From: Candidatus Latescibacterota bacterium
Lineage (GTDB): Bacteria; Latescibacterota; UBA2968; UBA8231
Length of the DNA: 64,000 nucleotides
Assembly (NCBI GenBank): GCA_965197905.1
Contig: CBDAOB010000005.1
Coordinates: 1,152,001 to 1,216,000 of the forward strand
Direction of reading: 5' to 3'
Made by a program: the position numbers and the translations under genes. Below are positions 47,047 through 57,681 of this stretch, piece by piece (position 1 is the first letter of the stretch; each line of letters begins with the position of its first letter). A model generated the notes under the pieces. That model saw only the letters and a program-made list of their open reading frames with translations. It was not told the origin of the DNA and made no database searches.

Positions 47047-49515
47047 TTGAACGCCGCCGGTGAACGCCTTGCCGCGCGCTACTGGAGTTCGGCCCTTACT
47101 CTAATTCTCGTCGTCGCCCTGTTTCTTCGATGGCCGTTCCCCGAGCCCTCCTGGACCCACGTTGATGAATGGGTGCTGGTGGTTTTTCCCCTTGGGTTTT
47201 GGAGCGGCGATCTAAATCCTCATTTCTTCAACTACCCGACTTTTCATCTCTATCTCCTCTCCGCCATCTATTATCTCTACTATCTTCTTGCCGGAGAGTC
47301 GACGGCGACCCATTTCTTGACCTATCGCTATTTCGTTGACGACGCCGATCTCGTTGCCATTGCCCGCGGTGTCGGTTCCCTAATGTCGGCAGGCACCGTC
47401 GGGGCGTGCGCCTTCCTCGCTCGCCGCCTCTATGGTTCGATGGGTGGGCTGGTCGCTGCGTCATTCGCGGCGGTAATGCTACTGCCCGTTCGTTTCTCTC
47501 ACTTGGCGATTACCGACAATCCGGCGGTGCTCTGGATCACCCTTGCCTTGCTCTGGGCGGTACGGATGGTACAGGAGCGCGGCCGTTGGGATGCTGCGGT
47601 TGCGGGGGTATTTGTGGGACTTGCCACTGCCACCAAGTTTCCGTCGGCGCTTATCGCGGTCGCCGTTGTCGTGGCGGCGTTCATGATTAAACCCACCCTG
47701 CGCCAGCACCACCTCTGGGTGGCCGGAGCATCGGGTCTGGCGACCACCCTCCTCGTAACACCGTACGTCTTCTTGGACTGGAGTACGGCCTGGTCGTTCG
47801 TCGCCACCATGGGAAAGTTCCACATCTTTGCCAACGAGGCATCTCCAGACGAAGCGTCCCTGCTCTACCACGTGCGCCATAATCTGCGTTATGGCCTGGG
47901 TGTCGTGGGTTTGGTGTTTGCAGCTTGCGGCATGCTATGGCGATTCCGTCTCATGCGCCGGGAGGAGGTCGTCATCCTATCCGGAACGGTTCCTTTCCTC
48001 ATTCTACTTGCCTCGGCCGAGTCCGTATTCATGCGTTATCTACTACCTCTGGTGCCGATGCTCGCCCTGTTTGCCGTCAGGTTCCTGTCGCTTGTCCGGG
48101 TACCCGGGTCCATTCTCTCACTCTCGCTCCTCGCGCTGATCGCCGAACCCGCACATGCTTCCCTGCACACCAGATCGTTGTTGTCCAGCGCCGACACCCG
48201 CGAGCGAGCGGTCAGGTGGATAAAGGAGAACGCGCCCCAGTTCAGCTATTTGGTCAATATCCCCGCTTCGTTCGGAAACCTTCAGATTCCGGAACCGGGA
48301 CACGTTTACGTCCGTCAGAAACATTTCATCAAGAGTTTCGAGGTGGAAGAGTTGATGGATGCCTTTGCCTGGCTGAGCCAGCAGCCGAATCTGGGTCCCA
48401 TGTTTCTCGCCCTCAACACCCAAGCGGTGGCCGAAGACCTGGCCGTTGATTGGAAGACGGCAAAAGGAACGGCCCTGGTTCTGCAGTACGAGCACCCGAT
48501 CCTTCCGCGCCCAACCGATTCGGACCTTCGCGCGCGAGCTCTCGGCTCAAGCCGTTGGCTGGCCGAATTCTCTCCAGGTCGCACCGAAAATGCGCCATTC
48601 GATGTCGTTGATTGGCACTTTGTGCCGTTGGGAGACTTCCGCAACTCCAACAGCACGGGACCTGGAATCCGGATCGGAGAGATTCCGTTTGGACGAAACG
48701 TTGGAACGATCTACCAGAATCACTTCTTCGCCGCCATCCACGGAATTCTGAAAGCCAATGTCGCGATGCAACAGCAACAATGGGAGCGAGCCATAGAGAT
48801 CTATGACTCGGTGGACAAGCTGTCAGTGCCCCTGACCGAAGCACTCACGATGGATTACCTCTACGATTATTATTTCAATCTTGGATTGGCCCACCATCAC
48901 CTGGGCGAGTTCGATAAGGCCGTTGCCTATTGGGAGGAGAACGTGCGATTGCAGCCGCAGACTGCCAAGCCGTACAATAACCTGGCGGCGGCGCACTTTC
49001 GCCTGGGAGACGTGGTGCGGGCGGCGGAGGTCTGGGAACAGGCGATTTCACTTGAGCCGGACTATCCCGAGGCGCATTTCAATCTTGGAAATGCTCTGTT
49101 CAACCAGCAGCAGTACGGTCGCGCGGCAGAAGCGTGGACGCGGGCGATACAACTGAAGCCGGATTATGGACAAGCCCATTACGGCCTCGGGAATATCAGC
49201 TACGAGCTGGGAGAGTGGGATCGGGCCCTGTCAGCATACGAGACCGCCCTTCAGTTCTCTCCGAACGAGGCCAATATCCACTACAATGTGGCGCAGGTCC
49301 ATCTGCGTCGCAGCCGATTGGAGGCGGCCGTCGAGTCGTTCGAGCGAGTTGTGGAACTACTGCCCGACGACGCCGAGGCGCTGTTGGAGCTGGGGAAACT
49401 GCATGCGCATTTGGGGAAATCCGAGGATGCCAGGAAGAGCTTTGAGCGGGTGTTGACCGTGGCCCCGAACCATCCCCAAGCGGAAGAGATCAGGGGCGCG
49501 CTGGGGGCGTTATGA
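47047..49515 (+). CDS. GT-C (PMT/ArnT-like) glycosyltransferase with C-terminal TPRs
   Basis: HVDE, DLNPHFFNYP, GLATATKF, RYLLP; many TMs; about 6 TPRs. Confidence 0.8.
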   Translation: MNAAGERLAARYWSSALTLILVVALFLRWPFPEPSWTHVDEWVLVVFPLGFWSGDLNPHFFNYPTFHLYLLSAIYYLYYLLAGESTATHFLTYRYFVDDADLVAIARGVGSLMSAGTVGACAFLARRLYGSMGGLVAASFAAVMLLPVRFSHLAITDNPAVLWITLALLWAVRMVQERGRWDAAVAGVFVGLATATKFPSALIAVAVVVAAFMIKPTLRQHHLWVAGASGLATTLLVTPYVFLDWSTAWSFVATMGKFHIFANEASPDEASLLYHVRHNLRYGLGVVGLVFAACGMLWRFRLMRREEVVILSGTVPFLILLASAESVFMRYLLPLVPMLALFAVRFLSLVRVPGSILSLSLLALIAEPAHASLHTRSLLSSADTRERAVRWIKENAPQFSYLVNIPASFGNLQIPEPGHVYVRQKHFIKSFEVEELMDAFAWLSQQPNLGPMFLALNTQAVAEDLAVDWKTAKGTALVLQYEHPILPRPTDSDLRARALGSSRWLAEFSPGRTENAPFDVVDWHFVPLGDFRNSNSTGPGIRIGEIPFGRNVGTIYQNHFFAAIHGILKANVAMQQQQWERAIEIYDSVDKLSVPLTEALTMDYLYDYYFNLGLAHHHLGEFDKAVAYWEENVRLQPQTAKPYNNLAAAHFRLGDVVRAAEVWEQAISLEPDYPEAHFNLGNALFNQQQYGRAAEAWTRAIQLKPDYGQAHYGLGNISYELGEWDRALSAYETALQFSPNEANIHYNVAQVHLRRSRLEAAVESFERVVELLPDDAEALLELGKLHAHLGKSEDARKSFERVLTVAPNHPQAEEIRGALGAL

Positions 49516-50529
49516 GCGCATTGGGCTACAACCGCACCGTTTATGACCGGAGCCCGATTTGAGAATGGCTAGGGCGACGCGCAGCGCCGTAATACCGTCG
49601 TTTCCCGTGACCAGCGGTTTCTCGTTGCGCTCGAAACAGCGGACCACATGTTTAAGCTGGTCCACAAACATATCGTTTCTGACAAAGGTGTAGACACGGG
49701 TCTTGCCATGGGCCGTTTGAAGTGTGAACGCCCCTTTGCGATCCGGATCGAAATTCCTTGGCGGCTCGGGTGCCGTCATTCCGAACTGCAGAGAACCCTT
49801 GGGTCCAACAATGTCGTTCAACCCCGCCGATCGCGTTCCGAACGGCAATCCCCAGGTCCAAACGAGCGTATGTTGATCGCCGGAGCGAAAATTGATAACC
49901 GCAGAGGCGGTATCCGCACCGACACTCGTGGGGTCAAATTGCAGCGCAGAAGCCTGAACGGATTCCCCGGGTCCGAACATCTGAAGGGCGAAATCGTAAT
50001 TGTGCACCGCACCGTCCATCAACGGCCCGCCCCCCTTGGTCCCATCTCGGAACCATGGGTGTTCCGGTCGGCCGTTGGTGACAAATCTCCACATCACCGG
50101 TCGCCCAACCGCCCCGGAGCGGACGACCTTCATCAATTTTCCCCACTCCGTGTCAAAGCGGCGGACAAAACCGACCGTCAGCCGCACCCCCGACCGGGCG
50201 CAGACATCCACCATACGCGTGGCGTCGCGGAGATTCAGGGCGATCGGTTTTTCGCAAAACACGTGCTTCCCTGCCCGCGCGGCAGCAACGACCGGAGGGG
50301 CGTGTTGAAAGGTTGGGGTGCAGACCCAGACGGCGTCGAGACCGTCGAGTTTGAGCAGATCGCGGAAGTCGGTGAAATGCAGTGGGACACCGAAATCAGC
50401 CGCAAAACTGGCGGCGGAAGCGGGTAGGATGTCAGCGACCGCCTGGATCTTTGCGTTTCTTAGTTGGACCATGCGTACTGCATGGTGGCGGGCGATGCCC
50501 CCCGCGCCGATAAACCCCACGTTCAACAC
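49510..50529 (-). CDS. Gfo/Idh/MocA family oxidoreductase
   Basis: GFIGAGGIA, KHVFCEKP, VGFVRRF, DGAVHNYD; AGGAGG RBS before GTG 50529. Confidence 0.9.
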   Translation of the reverse strand: MLNVGFIGAGGIARHHAVRMVQLRNAKIQAVADILPASAASFAADFGVPLHFTDFRDLLKLDGLDAVWVCTPTFQHAPPVVAAARAGKHVFCEKPIALNLRDATRMVDVCARSGVRLTVGFVRRFDTEWGKLMKVVRSGAVGRPVMWRFVTNGRPEHPWFRDGTKGGGPLMDGAVHNYDFALQMFGPGESVQASALQFDPTSVGADTASAVINFRSGDQHTLVWTWGLPFGTRSAGLNDIVGPKGSLQFGMTAPEPPRNFDPDRKGAFTLQTAHGKTRVYTFVRNDMFVDQLKHVVRCFERNEKPLVTGNDGITALRVALAILKSGSGHKRCGCSPMRS

Positions 50530-50595
50530 AGGACCACCTCCTATCAATGGCGCTGAATATAGATCCCCCACCCCCCCGGCTCAATCAGTTGAGCG

Positions 50596-51375
50596 ATGAT
50601 CTACAACTCCCTATCTGAGTTTACGGTCCCATTCCTGACCCCCCTCGGTATCTGCTTCTTTATCTGGATAGCCGGTCTGGGGTTCCACTTCACGGGTTAC
50701 CGTTTTCGGGGCAAATGCTGCGCTGTCGGAGGCATTCTCCTGCTGCTGGCATTCAGCAGTCCCGCTCTTGGAGGGGCGCTGTTGGCGACACTTGAAGACG
50801 ACTACCCATTGATCGCGCCGGCAGCGTGCCAGGAAGCAGATGCCGTCGTCGTTCTCGGAGGTGTGACCGCTCCGCCGGTGCCGCCGCGTGAAGCCATCGA
50901 TGTGGGCGAGGGGTTCGACCGCCTGCTTCACGGGATGCGATTGCTGCGTTTAGGGAAGGCGCCGATTCTCGTGCTCAGTGGCGGAGGGTCGACCGAACAG
51001 GCGGGCATGAAGATCAGCGAGGCGTCTCGTCTCTACCAGTTGGCGCTGGAATACGGAGAGGAACCGAGGTCGCTCCTGTTGGAGGAGCGTTCCAACAATA
51101 CCCATGAAAACGCCCGTTTCACGAGCGAGCTGCTCAAAAGCAGGGGGCTGAGCACGATTCTCCTGGTGACCTCGGCGTGGCATATGCCTCGTGCCGCTGC
51201 CGCGTTCGAGAAGCAGGGGCTCAATACGATCGCCGCGCCAACCGACCTGCGCGCCATCGACGAACCGAGCCTCATACGGAACCTCATGCCGGGCATCAGT
51301 GGACTGGAGTATTCGACGATCGCCCTCAGGGAGTACTGCGGTCTGGCGATTTATTGGGTCCGGCGTTGGATCTAG
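50596..51375 (+). CDS. YdcF/ElyC (DUF218) family protein
   Basis: Two N-terminal TMs, VVLGG, LSGG, SNNTHENA, LVTSAWHMPRA. Confidence 0.9.
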   Translation: MIYNSLSEFTVPFLTPLGICFFIWIAGLGFHFTGYRFRGKCCAVGGILLLLAFSSPALGGALLATLEDDYPLIAPAACQEADAVVVLGGVTAPPVPPREAIDVGEGFDRLLHGMRLLRLGKAPILVLSGGGSTEQAGMKISEASRLYQLALEYGEEPRSLLLEERSNNTHENARFTSELLKSRGLSTILLVTSAWHMPRAAAAFEKQGLNTIAAPTDLRAIDEPSLIRNLMPGISGLEYSTIALREYCGLAIYWVRRWI

Positions 51376-51380
51376 CGCGA

Positions 51381-51830
51381 CTAGAAAGAATCCTCTAGGT
51401 GAGGTTGGCCGCCCTGGGCGAATGACTGGGCGATTTCGTCGCAGCGCTCGTTGTCAGGATCTCCGGCGTGCCCGCGGGTGTACTCCCAAACCACGTTGGG
51501 ACTATTCATAAGATCCAGCTCTTTCCACAAGTCCTGATTCAGCACTGGTTTCTTCGAGGCAGTAAGCCACCCCCGGCGCTTCCAGTTATGTATCCACTCC
51601 GTGATGCCCTTGCGCACGTATTCACTGTCGGTTGTCATGGTTATGGCTTCAGCGTCGGGGACTGCCTTCAAACCCTCGAGAGCCGCCTGCAGTTCCATTC
51701 TGTTGTTGGTCGTGTCGGGCACGTGGCCACCCAACTCGCGCACTCGTCCGTCGGGTGCAATCAATCGCGCGGCCCATCCCCCCGGACCCGGATTGCCCGA
51801 ACATGCCCCGTCGCTGTAGACCCTCAACAA
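51381..51830 (-). CDS. rnhA: Ribonuclease HI
   Basis: YSDGACSGNPGPGGW, TTNNRMEL, TDSEYV, PVLNQDLW, GHAGDPDNERCD. Confidence 0.96.
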   Translation of the reverse strand: MLRVYSDGACSGNPGPGGWAARLIAPDGRVRELGGHVPDTTNNRMELQAALEGLKAVPDAEAITMTTDSEYVRKGITEWIHNWKRRGWLTASKKPVLNQDLWKELDLMNSPNVVWEYTRGHAGDPDNERCDEIAQSFAQGGQPHLEDSF

Positions 51831-52079
51831 TTCCGATCTCGCCTCATGCTTCTAGGTCGCCGGCTGCGACCGATCAAAGGTAACAGCTCGCTGGTTTGAG
51901 CGTCAAACCGTGTTTGCCGGCTGAGCAAAACAGAGCGTGATCTTGAGATCGATATGGAGGGCTCGTATCTTGTCATAAGCCATAATGTTCAACCGGCGCG
52001 CGACCCCCTCGGCGATGCTCGATCGGTGCCATGAGGCGGAGGACATTTTGCAACCTAGACACTTTAGAAGCGAGGTTTG

Positions 52080-53489
52080 ATGGCCGCTGACATCTCGAAA
52101 TTCGACGTCGTCATAGTCGGAAGTGGGCCTGGTGGATACACCGCAGCGATTCGAGCGGGACAGTTGGGTTTGAAGGTTGCCCTTGTCGAGCAGGAAAAGA
52201 AGCTGGGCGGCGTCTGTTTGAATTGGGGCTGTATTCCCACAAAGGCTTTGCTGAAGCAGGCCGAGGTTTTCCAACTGGTGAAGCGGGCGGAGAAGTTCGG
52301 CATCGAAGTCGGCAAGGTGAGTGCCAACTGGGATAAGATCATCGCGCGCAGCCGGGACGTGGCGAACGGCTTGGCGAACGGTGTCGCCTTCTTGATGAAG
52401 AAGAACAAGGTACAGGTTTTGTTGGGAAAGGGGAGAATTGCTCCGTCGAAGAAGGTTGAGATTTGGAACGAAAAAGACGAGCTGACGGAGGTTGTGGAGG
52501 CAGCGAATATTATCATCGCCACCGGAAGCAAACCTAAATCCATACCGGGTGTAGAGATCGATGGTTCAACGGTGCTCAGCAGCAAAGAGAGTATGGTGTT
52601 GGAGTCCAAACCGAAGTCGCTATTGATTGTCGGCGCCGGCGCTATAGGGATCGAATTTGCCTACTTCTACAACACCTTCGGCACCGAGGTAACGGTGCTC
52701 GAGGCTCTGCCACAGGTGCTGCCGCGGGAGGATACCGAGGTCGCCGAGCTTCTGGCGCGCAGCCTCGAGCAGCAGGGGATCCGCATCGAGGTGGGCGCCA
52801 AGGTCGGGTCGATCAGGGTCGACAAAGGGGGTGCCGAGGTTGCCTTCGTTGGATCCGCGGGAGCTGAGAAAAAGAAGGTGGAAAAGGTTTTGATGGCAGT
52901 AGGTGTTGCAGGTTATACGGAGGGACTTGGTCTGGAGGCGCTCGGCGTGAGCATGAAGGGCGGCGACGTGCAGGTAAACGGTCGCATGCAAGCGAATATC
53001 GGCGGAATCTATGCCATCGGCGATGTGGTAGGTCCGCCACAGCTGGCGCACATGGCTTCCGCCGAGGGTGTTGCTGCCGCCGAGTTCATTGCCGGCAAGG
53101 AGAGACCAGAGATCGATAGATCCTTCATTCCCAGCTGCGTCTACTGCCAGCCGCAGGTTGCCAGCGTCGGACTTTCGGAAGAGCAGGCAACGGCAGCAGG
53201 GCACGAGGTAAAAGTCGGCCGCTTCCCGTTCGCGGCCAGCGGCAAGGCCCAGGCCACCGGCGAAGCGGAAGGATTGGTCAAACTGGTGTTTGGCGCCCAG
53301 TACGGCGAGGTGCTGGGTGCCTCCATCATCGGGTCGGAGGCGACGGAGCTGGTGGCCGAGATCGGCTTGGCGGGCCAGTTGGAGGCTACCTACGAGGAGA
53401 TATTAAGTACGGTCCACGCCCATCCCACCCTCTCGGAAGCGGTGATGGAAGCAGCCGGCGAGGCCTACGGAGAGGCGGTTAACATCTGA
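52080..53489 (+). CDS. lpdA: Dihydrolipoyl dehydrogenase
   Basis: GSGPGGY, GGVCLNWGCIPTK, GAGAIGIE, HAHPTLSE. Confidence 0.95.
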   Translation: MAADISKFDVVIVGSGPGGYTAAIRAGQLGLKVALVEQEKKLGGVCLNWGCIPTKALLKQAEVFQLVKRAEKFGIEVGKVSANWDKIIARSRDVANGLANGVAFLMKKNKVQVLLGKGRIAPSKKVEIWNEKDELTEVVEAANIIIATGSKPKSIPGVEIDGSTVLSSKESMVLESKPKSLLIVGAGAIGIEFAYFYNTFGTEVTVLEALPQVLPREDTEVAELLARSLEQQGIRIEVGAKVGSIRVDKGGAEVAFVGSAGAEKKKVEKVLMAVGVAGYTEGLGLEALGVSMKGGDVQVNGRMQANIGGIYAIGDVVGPPQLAHMASAEGVAAAEFIAGKERPEIDRSFIPSCVYCQPQVASVGLSEEQATAAGHEVKVGRFPFAASGKAQATGEAEGLVKLVFGAQYGEVLGASIIGSEATELVAEIGLAGQLEATYEEILSTVHAHPTLSEAVMEAAGEAYGEAVNI

Positions 53490-54049
53490 TGGAGCACCAT
53501 GTTGATTACCGCGTCCAATTGTCGGCCGCCCTCGAGGCGTTGGATCTTACAACGGTATCCCGGATTCGCGGGCTTCTGGCTCAGGCGCGTGAGGACGGGC
53601 GGCAAGTGTTTCTGTGCGGCAACGGCGGCAGCGCCGCCACGGCTAGCCACATGGCCAACGATCTGGGCAAAGGTGCCAGCTGCGGTAAGGACAAGCGCTT
53701 CAAGGTGATCGCCTTGACCGACAACCTTTCCTGGATAACCGCACTGGCCAACGATATCAGCTACGAGTCGATCTTTTCCGAACAACTGAGGAACCAGGGT
53801 GGTCCCGATGACGTACTGATAGCCATAAGCGGCTCGGGCAACAGCCAGAACGTGCTGAACGCCGTCGCGGCTGCCCGCGAGCTCGGTATGAAGACTGTCG
53901 GTTTGATTGGCTTCGGCGGCGGCAAGCTGGCCGCCGCGGTCGACTTACCGCTCGTAGTCGAGAGCCACCATATGGGTCGCGTAGAGGATCTCCACATGGT
54001 CGTGCTGCATATGATTTGTTACCACTTCATGGAAGCGGCGGCATCGTAA
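53489..54049 (+). CDS. SIS-domain phosphoheptose isomerase (GmhA/DiaA family)
   Basis: CGNGGSAA.ASH, ANDISY, ISGSGNS.N, VEDLH. Confidence 0.85.
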   Translation: MEHHVDYRVQLSAALEALDLTTVSRIRGLLAQAREDGRQVFLCGNGGSAATASHMANDLGKGASCGKDKRFKVIALTDNLSWITALANDISYESIFSEQLRNQGGPDDVLIAISGSGNSQNVLNAVAAARELGMKTVGLIGFGGGKLAAAVDLPLVVESHHMGRVEDLHMVVLHMICYHFMEAAAS

Positions 54050-54206
54050 TCTCCCACTCGCTTCCGCACTGACGGGGCTTCCGACGACGAGTCCCTAGGA
54101 GGTGGGGTTCATCCCGACGATCACAAAACGCACATCCCCGATCCACTTGCCGAATTTGGCCAGGCGGTGGTACCTTTGAGAAAAGGCAAAAAAGGGAGTT
54201 TGTGCG

Positions 54207-55187
54207 ATGAAAATTCGACCTCTAGCTTTCGTTGCGGCAACGATGTTCCTTTCCAGTTGCGGCACCGAAGATACCCCGGCTCCCACCGAGAGCCAGAACT
54301 CCGGGCCGCAAAACGCGCAGAATCTCCAGGTGGCAAGGATTGGGGACGGAGAGATCTGGCTCCAATGGCAGGGACCGGATAGTGGGACTCAGTACGTCAT
54401 CTATCGGGCCGAAAACGACGGAGTCGTCGTGGCTCTCGATTCAACCTTCGACACCAGCTATCGAGATCTTGGTCTCAGCTACGAGGTGGAGTACAGCTAT
54501 TACGTCATAGCGATGTTGGATGAAGGTGAGGAGGGGATTCCCACCAATCTGGTCAGTGGCCAACCGTTCAACAACCTGTCGCCGCAGGCGCCGAACGCGC
54601 TCCGAGCGACGGCCCACAACATCTCGATCATAGGTCGGCTGGATATCGTTCTGGACTGGGGGTTGAGTGCCGAATCAGATCTTTCGTTCTACCGCTTGTA
54701 TCGATCGATCGAACCTGATTTTACGCCGGGTCCGGCCAATCTGCTCAGTGTCGTATCCGAACCCCGCTTCGTAGATGAGGACGTGAACGTGGGAACCGTC
54801 TACTACTACCGAGTTACCGCAGTGGATCGCGGAGGCAAGGAGAGCGCGAGTTCGCGACTGGTCAGCGATGTGGCCCTGGATGAACCCCGCCCCGTCAACC
54901 CGGTAGGAGGCACCCTTGCCCCGGTGGTGCCGGTCTTTCACTGGCGCCCGGTAGGGGACGCCTCTTTTTATCGTGTGATCGTCACCTCGTCTCCTACCAG
55001 CGGCGAGCTTTCCGACATGCCGTTGGCAAGCGATACCACCGCAGTGTTCGTCGGTCGCAGCCTCGCTTCCGGCGAAAAGCTGAAACTGGCACAAGGGTCC
55101 GTGTATTACTGGAAGGTAGTGGCCAGTACCAAGGATAGTGGTGTTGAAAACTCCGTCAGCGCCATCGAAAGCTTCAAGATTAGATAG
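54207..55187 (+). CDS. Lipoprotein with fibronectin type III-like domains
   Basis: Lipobox LSSC; repeated W..Y.IYR...Y.YYV.A and YYYRVTAVD...ES patterns. Confidence 0.8.
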   Translation: MKIRPLAFVAATMFLSSCGTEDTPAPTESQNSGPQNAQNLQVARIGDGEIWLQWQGPDSGTQYVIYRAENDGVVVALDSTFDTSYRDLGLSYEVEYSYYVIAMLDEGEEGIPTNLVSGQPFNNLSPQAPNALRATAHNISIIGRLDIVLDWGLSAESDLSFYRLYRSIEPDFTPGPANLLSVVSEPRFVDEDVNVGTVYYYRVTAVDRGGKESASSRLVSDVALDEPRPVNPVGGTLAPVVPVFHWRPVGDASFYRVIVTSSPTSGELSDMPLASDTTAVFVGRSLASGEKLKLAQGSVYYWKVVASTKDSGVENSVSAIESFKIR

Positions 55188-56499
55188 CTCCCAGATCGAT
55201 CCCGGTGCGCTGGAGATCGTGCGGACCTTGCGCGCGGGCGGTCATCAGGCGCTGCTCGCTGGCGGCTGCGTGCGCGACTGGCTCATGGGTCGCAAAGCAG
55301 TCGACTGGGATATCGCCACCGACGCCGACCCCGAAATCGTCAGGCAGTACTTCGATCGAACGATCGAGGTTGGCAAACAGTTCGGCGTCGTCTTGGTGGT
55401 GCTGGAGCAGGGCAGGTACGAAGTGGCGCGATTCCGTCGGGACGGACGTTACCTCGACGGCCGTCATCCGGAGGGGGTCGAATTTGGCGAGGTCCATGAA
55501 GATGCCTCCCGGCGCGACTTCACTATCAACGGTTTGCTCTACGATCCCATCGAGAAGAGGCTGTTGGATCACGTCGGCGGCCAGAAAGACATTGAGCGTC
55601 GGTTGGTGCGATCTATCGGAGATCCGTCGGACCGATTGAGCGAAGACCACCTGCGCATGCTGAGGGCGGTACGCTTTGCGGCGAGACTAGGGTTTGATAT
55701 CCACGCCGACACGTTCGTTGCAATTCGCGAGAAGGCTTCGGAGATCACTCGAATCAGCGGTGAACGCGTCCGGGATGAGTTGACCGCAATCCTCACGGGA
55801 GAAAATCCGGGCCGCGGCCTTCTGCTGCTACTTCAATGCGGATTACTGCAGGAGGTGCTTCCAGAAGTAGCGGCGATGGACGGAGTTGCGCAACCTCCCG
55901 AATACCATCCTGAAGGGGACGTATTCACCCATGTCAGACTGATGTTGGATCTCGCGGAAGAGCCGGACTCGGCTCTGGCCTGGGGAATCTTGTTGCACGA
56001 CGTCGGCAAGCCGGCAACCTTCGCTGTCTCCGATCGGATTCGCTTTAGCGGTCACGACGCAGTAGGGGCCCGAATGGCGGCAGATATCTGCACGCGGATG
56101 CGGATGTCGAGCGCCGAGAGTCACCGCATCGTGGACCTGGTCGCCCAACATATGCGTATTGGCACGGTCAAACAGATGAGAGAGAGCAAGCTCAAGCGCC
56201 TGTTGCGCGAACCGTTCTTTTCCACCCTTCTCGAACTGCACCGTCTGGACTGTCTGGCCAGTCACCGCAAACTCGATCTGTTCGAGTTTTGCCGTCAGCT
56301 ACTGCGTACGCTTCCGGAGGAGAAGCTGAAGCCAGAAGCACTGCTGACTGGCGATGGTTTGATCGCCATGGGATACGATCCGGGTCCTGTGTTCAAGGTG
56401 ATTCTGAACCGCGTGGAAGAAGAGCAGCTGGAGGGCCGAATATCGACCCCGGTAGAAGCCGAGCAGTTCGTGCGCAGTGAATTCCCCGCGGGGGGTTGA
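55138..56499 (+). CDS. cca: CCA tRNA nucleotidyltransferase with HD domain
   Basis: GGCVRD, DWDIATDA, RRDFTING, EDHLRMLRAVRF, QPPEYHPEGDV, LLHDVGK; true start probably near 55180. Confidence 0.88.
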   Translation: MVLKTPSAPSKASRLDSSQIDPGALEIVRTLRAGGHQALLAGGCVRDWLMGRKAVDWDIATDADPEIVRQYFDRTIEVGKQFGVVLVVLEQGRYEVARFRRDGRYLDGRHPEGVEFGEVHEDASRRDFTINGLLYDPIEKRLLDHVGGQKDIERRLVRSIGDPSDRLSEDHLRMLRAVRFAARLGFDIHADTFVAIREKASEITRISGERVRDELTAILTGENPGRGLLLLLQCGLLQEVLPEVAAMDGVAQPPEYHPEGDVFTHVRLMLDLAEEPDSALAWGILLHDVGKPATFAVSDRIRFSGHDAVGARMAADICTRMRMSSAESHRIVDLVAQHMRIGTVKQMRESKLKRLLREPFFSTLLELHRLDCLASHRKLDLFEFCRQLLRTLPEEKLKPEALLTGDGLIAMGYDPGPVFKVILNRVEEEQLEGRISTPVEAEQFVRSEFPAGG

Positions 56500-56508
56500 A
56501 GGAGGCCG

Positions 56509-57594
56509 TCAGCGGGGCGAGCGCCCTTCGAGCTCTCGCACATACGCGAGCAAAATCTCTGCGGTTATCAGGTGCCCGCGCACCGAAAGGTGTCCGGCGG
56601 GCGTCATGTTGTACAAAGGTTCGCCGGAGACCGTCAGGAACTGCGGTAGTAGATCCACATGAGGAATTGCGAGCTCCCTCAGGATCTCGGAAAGAACTCT
56701 GTTCGGTCGGTGGCGCTCCTCTTCGCTCGCAAACGTTTTGTAGACCTGATCTTTGTCCGGGATTAGCACCACCACGGCATCGAGCCGATGGGCGCGGAAG
56801 AATCGCCGGAAGCGATCGAAAGCGCGGCGGGTCGGTTCGAGCAACTCTTCGGTGTAGAAATCCGCAGCATACAGGCGCGGCGGACTCGAGTGCCCCAGGT
56901 TGTACTCCCATCGCAACAGGAGCGATCGTAGCCGCAATAATACCGCGGATAACAAGCGGCTGCTGTAGACGAGGTTTCGTAGCCACTCTCCACCGGCACT
57001 GGTTTCCAGGCGTATGCGTCCCGTCTCGTCAATTGCCAGGTACTCACGCTCAGGGAGATTGTCGGTGAAATCGTTGCCGACAAAGAAACACAGAAAAACC
57101 TGATCGATAGAGCCGGTCCGATGGTTCTCGACGAAGTCCCGCAATGAGGCGATTTCTTGGAACGTCGAGTAGCTGCCCACGCCCAGGTTCACGACCTCCC
57201 GATCCATGGTTTTTCCCAGGAGAAAAGGAAAGGTGTCCTTGGCGTTCTCCTCGTTTCCGAAGGTGTAGGAGTCGCCGCAAAAGACAAATCGATCCTTCCC
57301 GGCGTATTCGAGAAAGTCGTACTGCAGGGGAATCCTGCGACCCTTCGTGTCGGTGCGGATATATACCACCTTGCCATTCCAGAAGGTCGCTCGACGAAGA
57401 TCCGGTTTTAAACCTATGCCGCAGCACCCCTTGGTCGCGTAGATGTCCAGGGTCGCGGTTATCTGAATGTTCCCGGCAGGGATGAGCAGGCGTAGTACCA
57501 ACTCCCCAATCGTGAAGGCTGCGCCCAATCCAGCTATCAAGAGAATGGCGGGGACGCCGAACCGAAGCAGGGGGGATGTAGACGAGGATCTCAC
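56509..57594 (-). CDS. SGNH/GDSL hydrolase-like protein with an N-terminal TM anchor
   Basis: GDSYTFG, NLGVGSY, GNDF, GHLSVRGH. Confidence 0.8.
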   Translation of the reverse strand: MRSSSTSPLLRFGVPAILLIAGLGAAFTIGELVLRLLIPAGNIQITATLDIYATKGCCGIGLKPDLRRATFWNGKVVYIRTDTKGRRIPLQYDFLEYAGKDRFVFCGDSYTFGNEENAKDTFPFLLGKTMDREVVNLGVGSYSTFQEIASLRDFVENHRTGSIDQVFLCFFVGNDFTDNLPEREYLAIDETGRIRLETSAGGEWLRNLVYSSRLLSAVLLRLRSLLLRWEYNLGHSSPPRLYAADFYTEELLEPTRRAFDRFRRFFRAHRLDAVVVLIPDKDQVYKTFASEEERHRPNRVLSEILRELAIPHVDLLPQFLTVSGEPLYNMTPAGHLSVRGHLITAEILLAYVRELEGRSPR

Positions 57595-57681
57595 CTGGAC
57601 CGTTGATCTTGGCTAGAGCGGGTAATAGATTCGAGTGGCCATCTGAAAAGATAAGCAGGTGGAAGGCGGAAACGTAATCTC